A stretch of 64,000 bases of DNA, from contig DAOVVV010000007.1 in the NCBI GenBank assembly GCA_030637025.1, positions 1 to 64,000 of the forward strand, in the 5' to 3' direction. This document shows positions 38,397 through 48,622 of the stretch, piece after piece. Made by a program: the position numbers and the translations under genes. The DNA comes from Clostridia bacterium (lineage in GTDB: Bacteria; CBDUZB01; JAGLHV01). The notes beneath the pieces are model-generated. The model did not search any database, was not told where the DNA came from, and worked only from the letters and a program-made list of their open reading frames with translations. Every line of letters starts with the position of its first letter. Position 1 is the stretch's first letter.

Positions 38397-40301
38397 CTAA
38401 AGCGGTAAAATTATAACAAATTTAGACCCTTTTCCTGTTCCTTTACTTTCAGCCCAAATATTTCCGTTATGTTTTTTTAAGATTCCATAACTTACGGAAA
38501 GCCCCAACCCTGTATTATTCCCTACTTCTTTAGTAGAAAAGAAAGGATCGAATATTTGGGGTAAAGCTTCTTTTTCAATTCCCTGTCCCTGATCATGGAA
38601 AGTGACGGCAATATATTTTCCTTTATAGTTATCAGTTTTATTAGTAAGTAATTGTTCTTTTGAAGATGAGTAATCATAAATTCTGGTACTAATGGTTAAT
38701 TTTCCTCCCTTAGGCATTGCTTGCTGTGCATTGACAATTAAATTAAGAAATACTTGTTGTATTTGAGGGGCGCTAAGTTTTATTTTAGGTAAATTTGGAG
38801 CGTATTTTTTAATTATCTGAATATTTTCAATAGCTAATTGGCGTCCATATAAGGAGAAAGTCTTATCGATTATTTCATTAATATCAATTACTTGAAAATC
38901 AAACTCCTGTTGCCGGGAGAAGCCCAGTAAATTAGTAACAATACCTTTACATCTCTGGGCGGCCTCTTCTATTTTTTTTATTTCGGTATACCCATGATTG
39001 TTTTTGGATAATTGCATTAAGAGCAATTGGGCATTACCCAGAACACTGGTTAAAGGATTATTAATTTCATGGGCTACACCTCCGGCTAATTGTCCCAGAG
39101 TAGCCATTTTATCTGCCTGGATTAACCGGATTTGAAGTTGTTTTCTTTCGGTTATATTTTTGACGGTTACCATCATTTCCATAGATTCATTTTCTTTGTG
39201 TTTCATTGGGCAAATGTATAATTCAGCAGGAAACTTTTTGCCGTCTTTTTTTTTCATCATTACTTCCTGGGCGTAAGTTTTTTTTGGTATTTGAGGGTCT
39301 AAAATATTTTTTATTAAAGAAGATATATTGGTGTTATCAGTAAATAGTGTGGTTAATTTTTTACCCAGCATTGTTTGCACAGGATAATTAAATATTCTTT
39401 CTACCGCTTCATTACAGGAAGTAATAGTCATATCGGATTTTAAGGAGAAAATAGCATCCTGAATACTGGCAAATAGTTCCTCTAAATAATATTTTGATTT
39501 TTTGATTTCTGCTTCCATTTTTTCCCTTTGGGTAATATCACGCATAATGGCTCTTATTCCTGTGATTTTTTCATTTTGTTTTATTACCGAGGAATTGATT
39601 TCCACAATGATTTTTTCGTCGTTTTTATTGATTAATTTTATTTTAAATCCGGAAAGAGTGCCTTGTTCAATGGTTTTTTGTATAAAATCTGAAATATTTT
39701 CCAGGGTACAGGGAGAAAAAAATTGTTTAAAGTTCATTTTAAGTATTTTGTCTTTTGGATAGAGAAAAAACAAAGCGGCTTGTTTGTTAATAGTGACAAT
39801 TGCTCCCTGGGTATCTAAGGTGCAGATTAAATCGTTGGCATTTTCTACCAAATCTCTATATTTTTCTTCGGATTCTGCTAAACTTCTTTGCAGTACGTCC
39901 TGTATTTTTTTCGTTTGAAAAGCACTGATTGCTTTTTCTACTACTAAAGGTAATAAATTAAGATAATTAACACTTTTAGTGATATAATCGTAAGCGCCCA
40001 ATTTCATTGCATTTACTGCTATTTTTTCATTTCCTTCCCCTGTTACAAAAATAACAGGTAAATGATAATTTTTTCTTATCTTGTTTAGTATCTCCAATCC
40101 ATTTTCTTTCGGCAGATTATAATCTAAAAGCAGAATGTCAAAATTATTGTGACCAAGCATTTTCAAACATTCTGCACCGGAAGAAGCGGTTTTAACATGA
40201 TATTTAGAATTAATACTTAATAACTTGTCTTTAGCTAATTGGGCATGGTCAAAATTGTCATCTACTACTAAGATATTAATCTTTTTTTTATTAGAAATCA
40301 T
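38397..40301 (-). CDS. Cytoplasmic REC-PAS-PAS histidine kinase (NtrB-like)
   Basis: LLDYNLP REC; AHEINNPL H-box; NLIVNAQQAM, DQGQGI, FDPFFSTK, TGLGL. Confidence 0.93.
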   Translation of the reverse strand: MISNKKKINILVVDDNFDHAQLAKDKLLSINSKYHVKTASSGAECLKMLGHNNFDILLLDYNLPKENGLEILNKIRKNYHLPVIFVTGEGNEKIAVNAMKLGAYDYITKSVNYLNLLPLVVEKAISAFQTKKIQDVLQRSLAESEEKYRDLVENANDLICTLDTQGAIVTINKQAALFFLYPKDKILKMNFKQFFSPCTLENISDFIQKTIEQGTLSGFKIKLINKNDEKIIVEINSSVIKQNEKITGIRAIMRDITQREKMEAEIKKSKYYLEELFASIQDAIFSLKSDMTITSCNEAVERIFNYPVQTMLGKKLTTLFTDNTNISSLIKNILDPQIPKKTYAQEVMMKKKDGKKFPAELYICPMKHKENESMEMMVTVKNITERKQLQIRLIQADKMATLGQLAGGVAHEINNPLTSVLGNAQLLLMQLSKNNHGYTEIKKIEEAAQRCKGIVTNLLGFSRQQEFDFQVIDINEIIDKTFSLYGRQLAIENIQIIKKYAPNLPKIKLSAPQIQQVFLNLIVNAQQAMPKGGKLTISTRIYDYSSSKEQLLTNKTDNYKGKYIAVTFHDQGQGIEKEALPQIFDPFFSTKEVGNNTGLGLSVSYGILKKHNGNIWAESKGTGKGSKFVIILPL

Positions 40302-40423
40302 TTTGGTAAAAAACCTTTCTTTAAGTAGTTGGTTTTATACATACTTCATAAAACTTAAATAAAATTTAAATAAGATGGCAAAAAAAATAATTTCGCTCAT
40401 TTTAATGTCTCTTTCTACTCAAT

Positions 40424-40452
40424 ATTTTAACGATTTAAATGAGTTTTGTCAA
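40424..40452 (-). promoter_or_regulatory. Sigma70 promoter for the leftward signalling operon
   Basis: Minus strand TTGACA-17 bp-TAAAAT. Confidence 0.65.
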
Positions 40453-40535
40453 GGAAAATATAAAATTAAAGGGGGGGGGGATTTAGGTTTTAGTTGCCGG
40501 TTTATTACCGGAAGAAAAAAAGATAAATTTTTTAC

Positions 40536-40564
40536 TTGCTTTTAAAAATGTATTTTTATAAAAT
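40536..40564 (+). promoter_or_regulatory. Sigma70 promoter for the rightward HPt/PilB operon
   Basis: TTGCTT-17 bp-TAAAAT, divergent from the 40424-40452 promoter. Confidence 0.5.
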
Positions 40565-40754
40565 AACTAAAGTAGTATTGTATTTATTTTAAATAATAAT
40601 TTATTTTGTATCCTAAAAGTTAAGTATAAATGCAATTATTTTTACTATTAGTTTATTTAAACGGATAAAAGGTGTGTGTATTAATAATAAAGATTAGTTT
40701 CATTACTAATTAAATTCAGTTAAAGATCACCTAATTAGAAAGGAAAAAATTAAA

Positions 40755-41459
40755 ATGTGTTCTACTTCGAAATCTGTAGTTAAGATTATTTTTTGTACTT
40801 CCAATCCGGATGAAAAGATGTTGCTCTGGAGTTTTTTACCGGATGGAGTGGTGTTGGATACAGTGAAAAGAGAGGAAGAATTACTTGAAAAGTTTAAGGA
40901 AACGGGCTGTAATATAATTTTATTGGATACTCAAATGGGCGTGCAGGATGGGTTTGCCGTTATTAAAAAAATAAGGGAGTATGAATCTGCTTCCGATTGG
41001 AAAGCAGTGCCTATAGTGGGAATAGTTCCCAATAAGGAAAATGCTTTATCCTCAAAATTCAGTGATCATATATTTCGTCCTTTTCAGCAGCAGGAGGTAT
41101 TAAAAGTTATTAACAAATATGTTTCTTTGCCTCCTTTATCGGCAATAGTTATTACTCTTGACCTGGAAATTAAAGATTTTGTTCCTGAATTTCTGGAAAA
41201 CAGAAAAAAAGACAGTCTCTCGATTGGTGTGAATTTAAAAGAAAATAATTTTGTAAAAATTAAGGAATTAGGGCATAAGATGGTTGGTTCGGGAAAACTT
41301 TATGGCTTTGAACGAATTAGTAAAATAGGATATTTATTAGAAAAAGCAGCTAAAGAAGAACGAATAGAACCGATAAAAAAATTATCTCAGGAATTAATAA
41401 TTTATCTTAATCAAGTGAAAAGCAGGTGGTTATATGCAGTCAAAGATTGTGGTCATTGA
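40755..41459 (+). CDS. Atypical REC plus HPt phosphotransfer protein
   Basis: IILLDTQM REC-like core; C-terminal LGHKMVGSGKLYGF HPt His motif. Confidence 0.85.
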   Translation: MCSTSKSVVKIIFCTSNPDEKMLLWSFLPDGVVLDTVKREEELLEKFKETGCNIILLDTQMGVQDGFAVIKKIREYESASDWKAVPIVGIVPNKENALSSKFSDHIFRPFQQQEVLKVINKYVSLPPLSAIVITLDLEIKDFVPEFLENRKKDSLSIGVNLKENNFVKIKELGHKMVGSGKLYGFERISKIGYLLEKAAKEERIEPIKKLSQELIIYLNQVKSRWLYAVKDCGH

Positions 41460-43986
41460 TGATGACCAGGAAATTTTAAAGATATTTAAACGGTATCTGG
41501 AGAATGAAAATTATATAGTTTATACCGTTGATAATAGTTTTAAAGCACTGGAAACGGTAGAAAAGGTAAAACCAGGTTTGATTTTACTGGATGTTCAGAT
41601 GCCGGAAATGAATGGATATGAAGTTTGTTCAAAAATACGAAATAACGAAAGTTTGTCCGGGGTTCCTGTAATATTTATAAGTGCTCTGGATGAACAACAG
41701 GATAAGACAAAAGCATTTTCTCATGGTGCTGTTGATTATATAGTAAAGCCGCCCAGCAAAAAAGAAATAGTAGATAAAATTAAAAAGCATTTAAAAGGGA
41801 TTATCGATGAGCAGGGGAAAGAAGAAGATGCTCATATAAAAAAAATAAGTTTCCCCGGGAAATTTAAAGATTTTAAAAAATTTTTAGAAAATAAATTAAG
41901 TTTAAATGCAGAAAAAAAAGAAATATTATTAGCAACAAAAGCGAACGCAATAAATTCACTGGGTGGAGCTTTAAGTCTTTCCAGTGCACAATTAGCACAG
42001 TATATTGCCGAATTTTTAAAATTGAAATATATTCCTTATCTGGATCCGGAACTTTTACAGCTGGATATCCTTCCCAATTCTTTTTGCCGAAAGTATCATG
42101 TATTAACTATAAATGATGAAAATCAAAACAAAGAAGCAGAAGATAAAGTTTTTGCTTTGAGCAATCCTTTTGATTGGGAACTGATGGAATTTTTAAGTAA
42201 GATGAACGGGAATAACCGGGTGGTGATTACTGAATCGGAAAACATTGATTCCTTTTTTAAAGAAAAAGGAGAAGACAAAACGACTATTGATATTATTTCC
42301 CAGGGTGCCTCTCAGCAGGAAATAGAAAATCGTCCGGTTAAATATATAAGCGACCATATTATTTATAAAGCAATAATTCAAAGAGCAAGTGATATACATA
42401 TAGAACCTAAAGAATCGGAAACAAGTATTCGCTTTCGTGTCGATGGGGATATGCAGCCTGCTTTTTTTCTGAAAGATAAGACCGCTTTACGCTTGATTGC
42501 CCGATTTAAAGTACTTGCTGACTTAGATATTGCCGAAAGGCGAAAACCGCAAGATGGTTCTTTTGCTATAGCCATGGGCAATAGAAAGTTTAAATTAAGA
42601 GTGGCTACTACCAATACAGCTTTCGGAGAGAGTGTTGTTTTACGTTTGTTAGAGCCTAAAGGAAAACCAAAATCATTGGAATTGTTGGGAATGACTGATG
42701 AACAAGAGAAGACTATTCGCGAATTTTCCCGGCAGACCAGCGGTCTGATTTTGCTGGTTGGGCCCACGGGTTCGGGGAAAACTACTACTATTTATAGTCT
42801 TCTAAGCCAGATAGACTGCAAAACCAGGAGTTTAATTTCAGTAGAGGACCCTATTGAATATACTATCCCGGATGCTAATCAACAACAGGTAAATGAAAAA
42901 ATCGGAGTTACCTTTCATATGCTTTTAAGATCGGCAATGCGTCAGGATCCGGATATACTCTTTATCGGTGAAATGAGAGACCGGTTTTCTGCTTCGGTAG
43001 CAACAGAAGCAGCCAGTACCGGCCATTTAGCTATCAGTACTATGCATTCAGCCAATGCTACCAGTGCAATTTTTCGTATGGAAACATTGGGTGTAGTCCG
43101 TTCGGTTATGGCTGATTCAATTTTGGGGATAGTATCACAGAAACTGCTTAAGGTTCTTTGTCCTTATTGCCGGGAAGAGTTACCTATTACCAAGGAAGAA
43201 ATCCGCTTGTTATCAAAATATACAACTAATTTTCCCGGTAGTGTTGCTCATCCGGGAGGATGTCCACAGTGTAATTATACCGGTTATTATGGAAGGGAAG
43301 CAGTTTATGAAATTTTAAAATTTGATTCGGAAATATCGAAAATGGTGCGTGATAATATTCCGGTGGGAGAGATAAGGCGGTTTATTAAACAGCAAGGCGA
43401 TTATTTAATCGGTGACCATGCTTTGGAAAAAGTAAAGAATTTTAAATTTTCAGTAAAACAAATTTGTGGTACGGTGTTAATAGAGGAAGCAGAGCTTGTT
43501 TCACCTGCTAAAAAAACAACCCGGATTATTCAGGACAGAAAATTAGAGGGTGAACAAATAGAAAGTAAAATGGTGCAAGATGAAAAATTACCGGATAATA
43601 AACATATATTACTGGTGGAAGACGATAGGGATATTCGCCGGGTGGTGGCCCGGTTATTGGAAAAAGATGGGTATTCGGTTACTGTTGCCGAGGACGGTAT
43701 AGCTGCTCTGCTGCATATGGGTAAATCAACTTTTGAATTGATTCTTTCCGATGTAGAGATGCCTAATTTAGACGGATTTAAATTATTGGAGATGAAAAAC
43801 CAAAAGGGAATTAAAACCCCTGTAATATTTTTAACTTCAAGGGCGAATGTACAGGATGAAGCACTGGGATTTAAAATGGGTGCTGTTGATTATATTAGAA
43901 AGCCGTTTAATAAAGAGACTTTATTGTTAAGAATTAATAGTATTTTAAAGATATTGAAAAACGGGGGGAATGTAAAAAATGGATAA
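41434..43986 (+). CDS. PilB/GspE-family assembly ATPase with N- and C-terminal receiver domains
   Basis: REC (LLDVQMP); RASDIHIEP, GPTGSGKTTT, EDPIEY, RQDPDILFIGEMRD, TGHL..STMH, CPYC/CPQC; REC (LSDVEMP). Confidence 0.93.
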   Translation: MQSKIVVIDDDQEILKIFKRYLENENYIVYTVDNSFKALETVEKVKPGLILLDVQMPEMNGYEVCSKIRNNESLSGVPVIFISALDEQQDKTKAFSHGAVDYIVKPPSKKEIVDKIKKHLKGIIDEQGKEEDAHIKKISFPGKFKDFKKFLENKLSLNAEKKEILLATKANAINSLGGALSLSSAQLAQYIAEFLKLKYIPYLDPELLQLDILPNSFCRKYHVLTINDENQNKEAEDKVFALSNPFDWELMEFLSKMNGNNRVVITESENIDSFFKEKGEDKTTIDIISQGASQQEIENRPVKYISDHIIYKAIIQRASDIHIEPKESETSIRFRVDGDMQPAFFLKDKTALRLIARFKVLADLDIAERRKPQDGSFAIAMGNRKFKLRVATTNTAFGESVVLRLLEPKGKPKSLELLGMTDEQEKTIREFSRQTSGLILLVGPTGSGKTTTIYSLLSQIDCKTRSLISVEDPIEYTIPDANQQQVNEKIGVTFHMLLRSAMRQDPDILFIGEMRDRFSASVATEAASTGHLAISTMHSANATSAIFRMETLGVVRSVMADSILGIVSQKLLKVLCPYCREELPITKEEIRLLSKYTTNFPGSVAHPGGCPQCNYTGYYGREAVYEILKFDSEISKMVRDNIPVGEIRRFIKQQGDYLIGDHALEKVKNFKFSVKQICGTVLIEEAELVSPAKKTTRIIQDRKLEGEQIESKMVQDEKLPDNKHILLVEDDRDIRRVVARLLEKDGYSVTVAEDGIAALLHMGKSTFELILSDVEMPNLDGFKLLEMKNQKGIKTPVIFLTSRANVQDEALGFKMGAVDYIRKPFNKETLLLRINSILKILKNGGNVKNG

Positions 43987-44527
43987 TGAAATGAGTTCAA
44001 CTTTAAAATGTGCTAAATGTGAGCAGGAATTTAATAAAAAAGAATTAACTATAATTAATGAAAATCCCTATTGTCACCAATGTACGATGGAATTTGCTAA
44101 TGAATTTATAAAGATAAAAAGTGAGCAGTTAAGTAAAAAAACAAAAAAAACAGCGGTAATAAAAAATAAAAATTGGAAAAATGTACTCATTTGTTTGTTT
44201 TTTATTTGTATGGGATTGAATGCAATTTTAATACCTCAAATGATTAATTCTTTAAAAGGGAATAAAGTAATTCGTAAAGGAGTAATTAAAACCGATAAAC
44301 AAACGGATAATTGTATTAAAAATCTTTGGCAAATATCCAGAATGCTGCAAGAAGGCAAATTGCCTCCGGGTAATTTAGTCTGTCCGGTTAGTAAAAAAGT
44401 TTATTTGGTAAAAGAGGATGGAGAAAATATAATAGTTTTTTGTCCTACCCCTTCCCGGCATGGGCAAGGTAAATTTAAACAAATTAAAGTAAGCAGGTCT
44501 TCTCCTATTCCGGAGGTGATAGAATAA
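43979..44527 (+). CDS. Zn-finger, TM and pilin-like periplasmic domain protein
   Basis: N-terminal CAKC...CHQC; TM helix; CIKNL...CPVS...FCPTPSRHG resembles the heads of the neighbouring pilins. Confidence 0.6.
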   Translation: MDNEMSSTLKCAKCEQEFNKKELTIINENPYCHQCTMEFANEFIKIKSEQLSKKTKKTAVIKNKNWKNVLICLFFICMGLNAILIPQMINSLKGNKVIRKGVIKTDKQTDNCIKNLWQISRMLQEGKLPPGNLVCPVSKKVYLVKEDGENIIVFCPTPSRHGQGKFKQIKVSRSSPIPEVIE

Positions 44528-44528
44528 G

Positions 44529-45410
44529 ATGTCCGCTAAGAATAAGGGGTTTACTTTTATTGAGATTTTAGTCATCGTAATAATAATATCATTTTTAATT
44601 TCTGTTGGAATGATTAAGTATGTTGAGATGGTTCGGAAAGCGAGGGTTACCCAATGCCGGGTAAACCGGACGACGATAGAAGATGCAGAACAGCGTTATT
44701 ATTATGCTAATAATGAATCCTGTTTAAATATTTCTAAACTGGTAGAGGATGGTTATTTGAATAAAATGCCTGTGTGTGCTGCCGGGGGGCAATATGTCTG
44801 GATCAGTACTTTTACAAATTCTTCCGTTTATCCTCTGGTGGGATGTTCGGTTCATTATTGGTTTGATTCAGAATCGGAAATGGTAACTGAACTATTATTT
44901 TCGCATGATTTTAATAATATGGATTCTCTTACTTCCTTGAGAGGTGACTGGTATATTGCAGATAGTACACTTAGGCCTACGGTGAGAGGGGGAGAGCACC
45001 GCCTGGTTTTTGGAGAGTTGGATTGGACGGACTATACAATAGAAGTAGAGGCAATTTTGCATGAAGGAAGGGGCTATGGGATTTATTATCGCAGTGACGG
45101 AGAAGAAAGAATAAGTGGTTATTGTTTTCAATATAATCCCGGAGACAGGGACTCTTTTTTGGTAAGAAGGGTATTTAACGGCCGGGAGGAAAGCCCTTTT
45201 CAGCGGGTAAGTATGCCGGAAGGATTTTCTGTTTACGGTCAGTCTCATACTATTTCTATTACCGTTGATGGAAACAACCATACAATCAGTGTTGATGGCC
45301 GGCAAATAATGGATTTTAATGATAATGCCTTTTCTTCCGGGATGGCCGGGTTTAGCTCCTGGGGACATTCGGAAGTAAGTTTTGACCAGGTTAATGTTTA
45401 TGAGAACTGA
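44529..45410 (+). CDS. Type IV pilin fused to a ConA-like/DUF1080 beta-sandwich
   Basis: KG|FTFIE N-methylation motif; WTDYTIEVEA, GYGIYYR, SSGMAGF. Confidence 0.85.
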   Translation: MSAKNKGFTFIEILVIVIIISFLISVGMIKYVEMVRKARVTQCRVNRTTIEDAEQRYYYANNESCLNISKLVEDGYLNKMPVCAAGGQYVWISTFTNSSVYPLVGCSVHYWFDSESEMVTELLFSHDFNNMDSLTSLRGDWYIADSTLRPTVRGGEHRLVFGELDWTDYTIEVEAILHEGRGYGIYYRSDGEERISGYCFQYNPGDRDSFLVRRVFNGREESPFQRVSMPEGFSVYGQSHTISITVDGNNHTISVDGRQIMDFNDNAFSSGMAGFSSWGHSEVSFDQVNVYEN

Positions 45411-45609
45411 CAGAAACGACAGTTATGAGTGACGAGTTATAAGTTTAAAGATAGCAACTGGCTCATGATTCCTATCAAAAGAGGTTCCCTCTTTTTCTCC
45501 CCTCGGGGGTTAGAGGGATTTGGGAGTGTAGAACAAAGGCAAAATATGTTTTTCTCTAAACGCATAATTTTACCCTGCGGGCACGCAAAAACAGGATAGT
45601 TATTTAAAT

Positions 45610-45634
45610 GTAGGGGGTGACCCTTGGTCGCCCG
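45610..45634 (+). repeat. GTAG-family REP-like palindrome
   Basis: GTAG-G-GGGTGACC-CTT-GGTCGCCC. Confidence 0.55.
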
Positions 45635-45658
45635 AAAGACTCTTTATTTTTCAGTTTT

Positions 45659-45689
45659 CCCCTTTTTGAAAAAGGGGGTTAGGGGATTT
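45659..45689. repeat. Dispersed palindromic repeat CCCCYTTTGAAAAAGGGGGTTRGGGG(G)ATTT, copy 1
   Basis: Near-identical copies at 48483 and 62498; degenerate copy near 45486. Confidence 0.8.
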
Positions 45690-45734
45690 ATTTAAGACAG
45701 TAAGATAAAAGAAGTAAATTAAGGGAAGGATAAA

Positions 45735-48395
45735 ATGAAAATAGCTAACAAAATAAGCATTTCTTTTTTTATAATTACATTAATAATAATAACCGGTGTT
45801 AGTCTTATTTTTTACAAAATGGTGGAAACTAATTTAAGAAAAAGAATATTTGCTCATTTGGTTACTACCGCACAAGCAAAAGCGCCGCATATTGAAACAT
45901 TTTTAGAATTAAAAGGAGAAGCAATTAAACAATTAGCACAAAGTGAAATATTAAAAGAGTTATTATTAACGAACAAAAAAGATAAGGATTATAGATTCCT
46001 ATTTAAGAAGGTCTTGTCCCGGTTGAAAAATACCGTTAAAGAGACGAAGTATATTTTTGATATTTCACTGATAAATAGAAAAGGAATAAGTATTGTTTCC
46101 ACTATGCAGAAAGAAATAGGACAGGATAAAAGCAACTGTTTATGTTTTTTAAACGGGAAAAAGGATATATTTATTAAAGATGCCTGTATTTGCAAAAATA
46201 AAAAAGTGCCGGCTTTTACTTTGTCCTCTCCGATAACAGATGAAGAAAATAATTTTTTGGGAGTGGTACTAGTCAAAGTTTTAATGGAGGGAATAAACCG
46301 GATAACTACCTCCCACATTGGTTTGGGAAAAAGGGGAGAAATATATTTGGTAAATAAGGATGGTTATATGATTACCCCTTCCCGTTTCAAGGGGGATACT
46401 TTTCTTAAACAGAGAGTGGAAGCTAAAGGGGTAGGAGATGCTTTAAAAGATGTTTATGACCTTCAAAGTGAAAAGCACCGGCATATCTTTGAGAATGTTG
46501 ATGGTGATAATCTTGATCAATTCGCTAAAGGACACAAAAAGGTAACTTTTAGTTATAAAAATTACCAGGGTAAATGGGTTCTGGGGGTGCATGAGCATAT
46601 TCATCAGTTACCCTGGGGATTGATAGTAGAAATGGATAGAAAAGAGGCTTTAGCCCCATTAAAAAAAATAAAATATTTATTTATCGGGATAATGGGAATG
46701 GTCCCTTTAATCGTTTGGGTAGGGGGGAGTGTAGTGGGGGGAATTATTGCTAACCCGATTAAAAAATTGCGCCGGGGGGTAGAAAAAATAGGAAAGGGAG
46801 AATTAAATTATAAAGTAGGGACAAAAGCAGAAGACGAAATCGGTCAGCTTTCCCGGGCGTTTGACCAGATGGCTCAGGATTTAAAAGAGTCAACTATTTC
46901 GATAGACTTTCTTAATTATGAAATTGCCCGGCGAAAGCAAATAGAGGAAAAACTACAATTATTTTCCCATGCTGTGGAAAGTGCTGCGGAGGGTATAGTG
47001 CTGGGTAATCTTATGGGTGAGATTACTTATATGAATGAGTCTTTTATTAAAATGTTTGGTTATTCAAGAGAAGAGATAACGGGAAGAAAAATTACCTTTC
47101 TTTATTCTCAAGATGAACAGCCAAAGGTGCAGGAGACATTAAATATAAATATGCAGAATAGTTGGAAAGGGGAGATGACGGTCAGGAGAAAAGATGGTAC
47201 CCCTTTTCCCATGGAAATACATTCATCAGTGGTAAGGAATACCTCAGGAAGGATTATTGCTTGCATGGTCACTTATCTTGATATTACCGAGCGTAGACAA
47301 ATAGAGGAAAAACTACAATTATTTTCCCATGCTGTGGAAAGTGCGATTGTAGGCATGGCTATAGCCAATCTTGAAGGCAGGTTTATTTATGTAAATAAAG
47401 CGTTTATTAAGATGTTTGGCTATACAAAAGAAGAGTTAATAGGTAGAGAAATTGCTTTTATTTATTCTAATGATAAGAATGAAAGGGCAAAGTTGCAAGA
47501 AGCGATAGAGAAGACGAAGACAATAGATGGATTTAAAGGGGAGTTGTTGTGCAGGAGAAAAGATGGTTTATGTTTTCCTCTAGAGGTGAATGCCTCGGCA
47601 GTGAAAGATGCTTCAGGACAAGCTATTGCCCTTGTAGCCGGGCATGTAGATATTACTCAACACAAGCAAGCCCAGGAAAAGATGAAGGAAGCAGTCAGGA
47701 TAAAATCGGATTTTTTATCCAGGGTTTCCCATGAATTAAGAACCCCGCTTACCGCTATAAAAGAAGGCATCGGCATAGTGCTGGATCGTTCTGCCGGAGA
47801 AATAAACGCTGACCAGGAGGATTTTTTAGCTACGGCCAAGAGAAATGTAGACCGTTTGCACCGCTTAATCAATGATGTTCTGGATTTTTCTAAATTGGAA
47901 GCCAGAAAAGCTGAATTCAAGATGAAAGAGAATGACCTTAATTCTACGATAAAAGAGATAGTAAAGATGCAGCAGCCGGTACTTCAGGAGAAAGGACTTT
48001 ATCTTAAACTGGATTTGAGTAATAATATGGAAAAAATATTATTTGATGAGGATAAAATAAGTCAGGTACTTACCAATCTGATGAGTAATGCCATTAAATA
48101 CACCAGTAAAGGCGGAATAACCATAAACAGCAGAAAAAATGGAGAGGTTATCCGGGTGGGGATCAAAGATACGGGTCAAGGGATAAAAACAGATGACCTG
48201 AATAAATTATTTCAACAATTTCAGCAGGTGGGAAAGGAATTCAGAAAGCCGGGTAGTACGGGACTGGGTTTAGCCATATCTAAAGAAATAATAGGTGGAC
48301 ATAAGGGGAAAATTTGGGCGGAATCCCGGGATAATGTAGGTTCTGAATTTATTTTTACTTTGCCCATCATTAAAGAGAGAAGAAAAAAAGTTTAA
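45735..48395 (+). CDS. Sensor histidine kinase (Cache-HAMP-2xPAS-HisKA-HATPase)
   Basis: Two TM helices around a Cache domain (GEIYLVNKDG), DEIGQLSRAF HAMP, SHELRTPL, DTGQGI, GSTGLGL. Confidence 0.93.
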   Translation: MKIANKISISFFIITLIIITGVSLIFYKMVETNLRKRIFAHLVTTAQAKAPHIETFLELKGEAIKQLAQSEILKELLLTNKKDKDYRFLFKKVLSRLKNTVKETKYIFDISLINRKGISIVSTMQKEIGQDKSNCLCFLNGKKDIFIKDACICKNKKVPAFTLSSPITDEENNFLGVVLVKVLMEGINRITTSHIGLGKRGEIYLVNKDGYMITPSRFKGDTFLKQRVEAKGVGDALKDVYDLQSEKHRHIFENVDGDNLDQFAKGHKKVTFSYKNYQGKWVLGVHEHIHQLPWGLIVEMDRKEALAPLKKIKYLFIGIMGMVPLIVWVGGSVVGGIIANPIKKLRRGVEKIGKGELNYKVGTKAEDEIGQLSRAFDQMAQDLKESTISIDFLNYEIARRKQIEEKLQLFSHAVESAAEGIVLGNLMGEITYMNESFIKMFGYSREEITGRKITFLYSQDEQPKVQETLNINMQNSWKGEMTVRRKDGTPFPMEIHSSVVRNTSGRIIACMVTYLDITERRQIEEKLQLFSHAVESAIVGMAIANLEGRFIYVNKAFIKMFGYTKEELIGREIAFIYSNDKNERAKLQEAIEKTKTIDGFKGELLCRRKDGLCFPLEVNASAVKDASGQAIALVAGHVDITQHKQAQEKMKEAVRIKSDFLSRVSHELRTPLTAIKEGIGIVLDRSAGEINADQEDFLATAKRNVDRLHRLINDVLDFSKLEARKAEFKMKENDLNSTIKEIVKMQQPVLQEKGLYLKLDLSNNMEKILFDEDKISQVLTNLMSNAIKYTSKGGITINSRKNGEVIRVGIKDTGQGIKTDDLNKLFQQFQQVGKEFRKPGSTGLGLAISKEIIGGHKGKIWAESRDNVGSEFIFTLPIIKERRKKV

Positions 48396-48482
48396 AAACA
48401 AAAAACAGTCCATAGTCCACAGACAGAAACGACGGTTATTAATTAAAGAATGGCGAATGGCAAAAGAGTAAAGATAATTTTT

Positions 48483-48513
48483 CCCCCTTTGAAAAAGGGG
48501 GTTAGGGGGATTT
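48483..48513. repeat. Dispersed palindromic repeat, copy 2
   Basis: ccccctttgaaaaagggggttagggggattt. Confidence 0.8.
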
Positions 48514-48622
48514 TTTTTTGGGGGGGGTAGAACAAAGGCAAAACATATTTTACCTTCATTTTTTTGTTTTGAATTTACTTGTCCGCCAGTCTCTAAGTCG
48601 GGAAGCTTGAAGAGGATGACAG

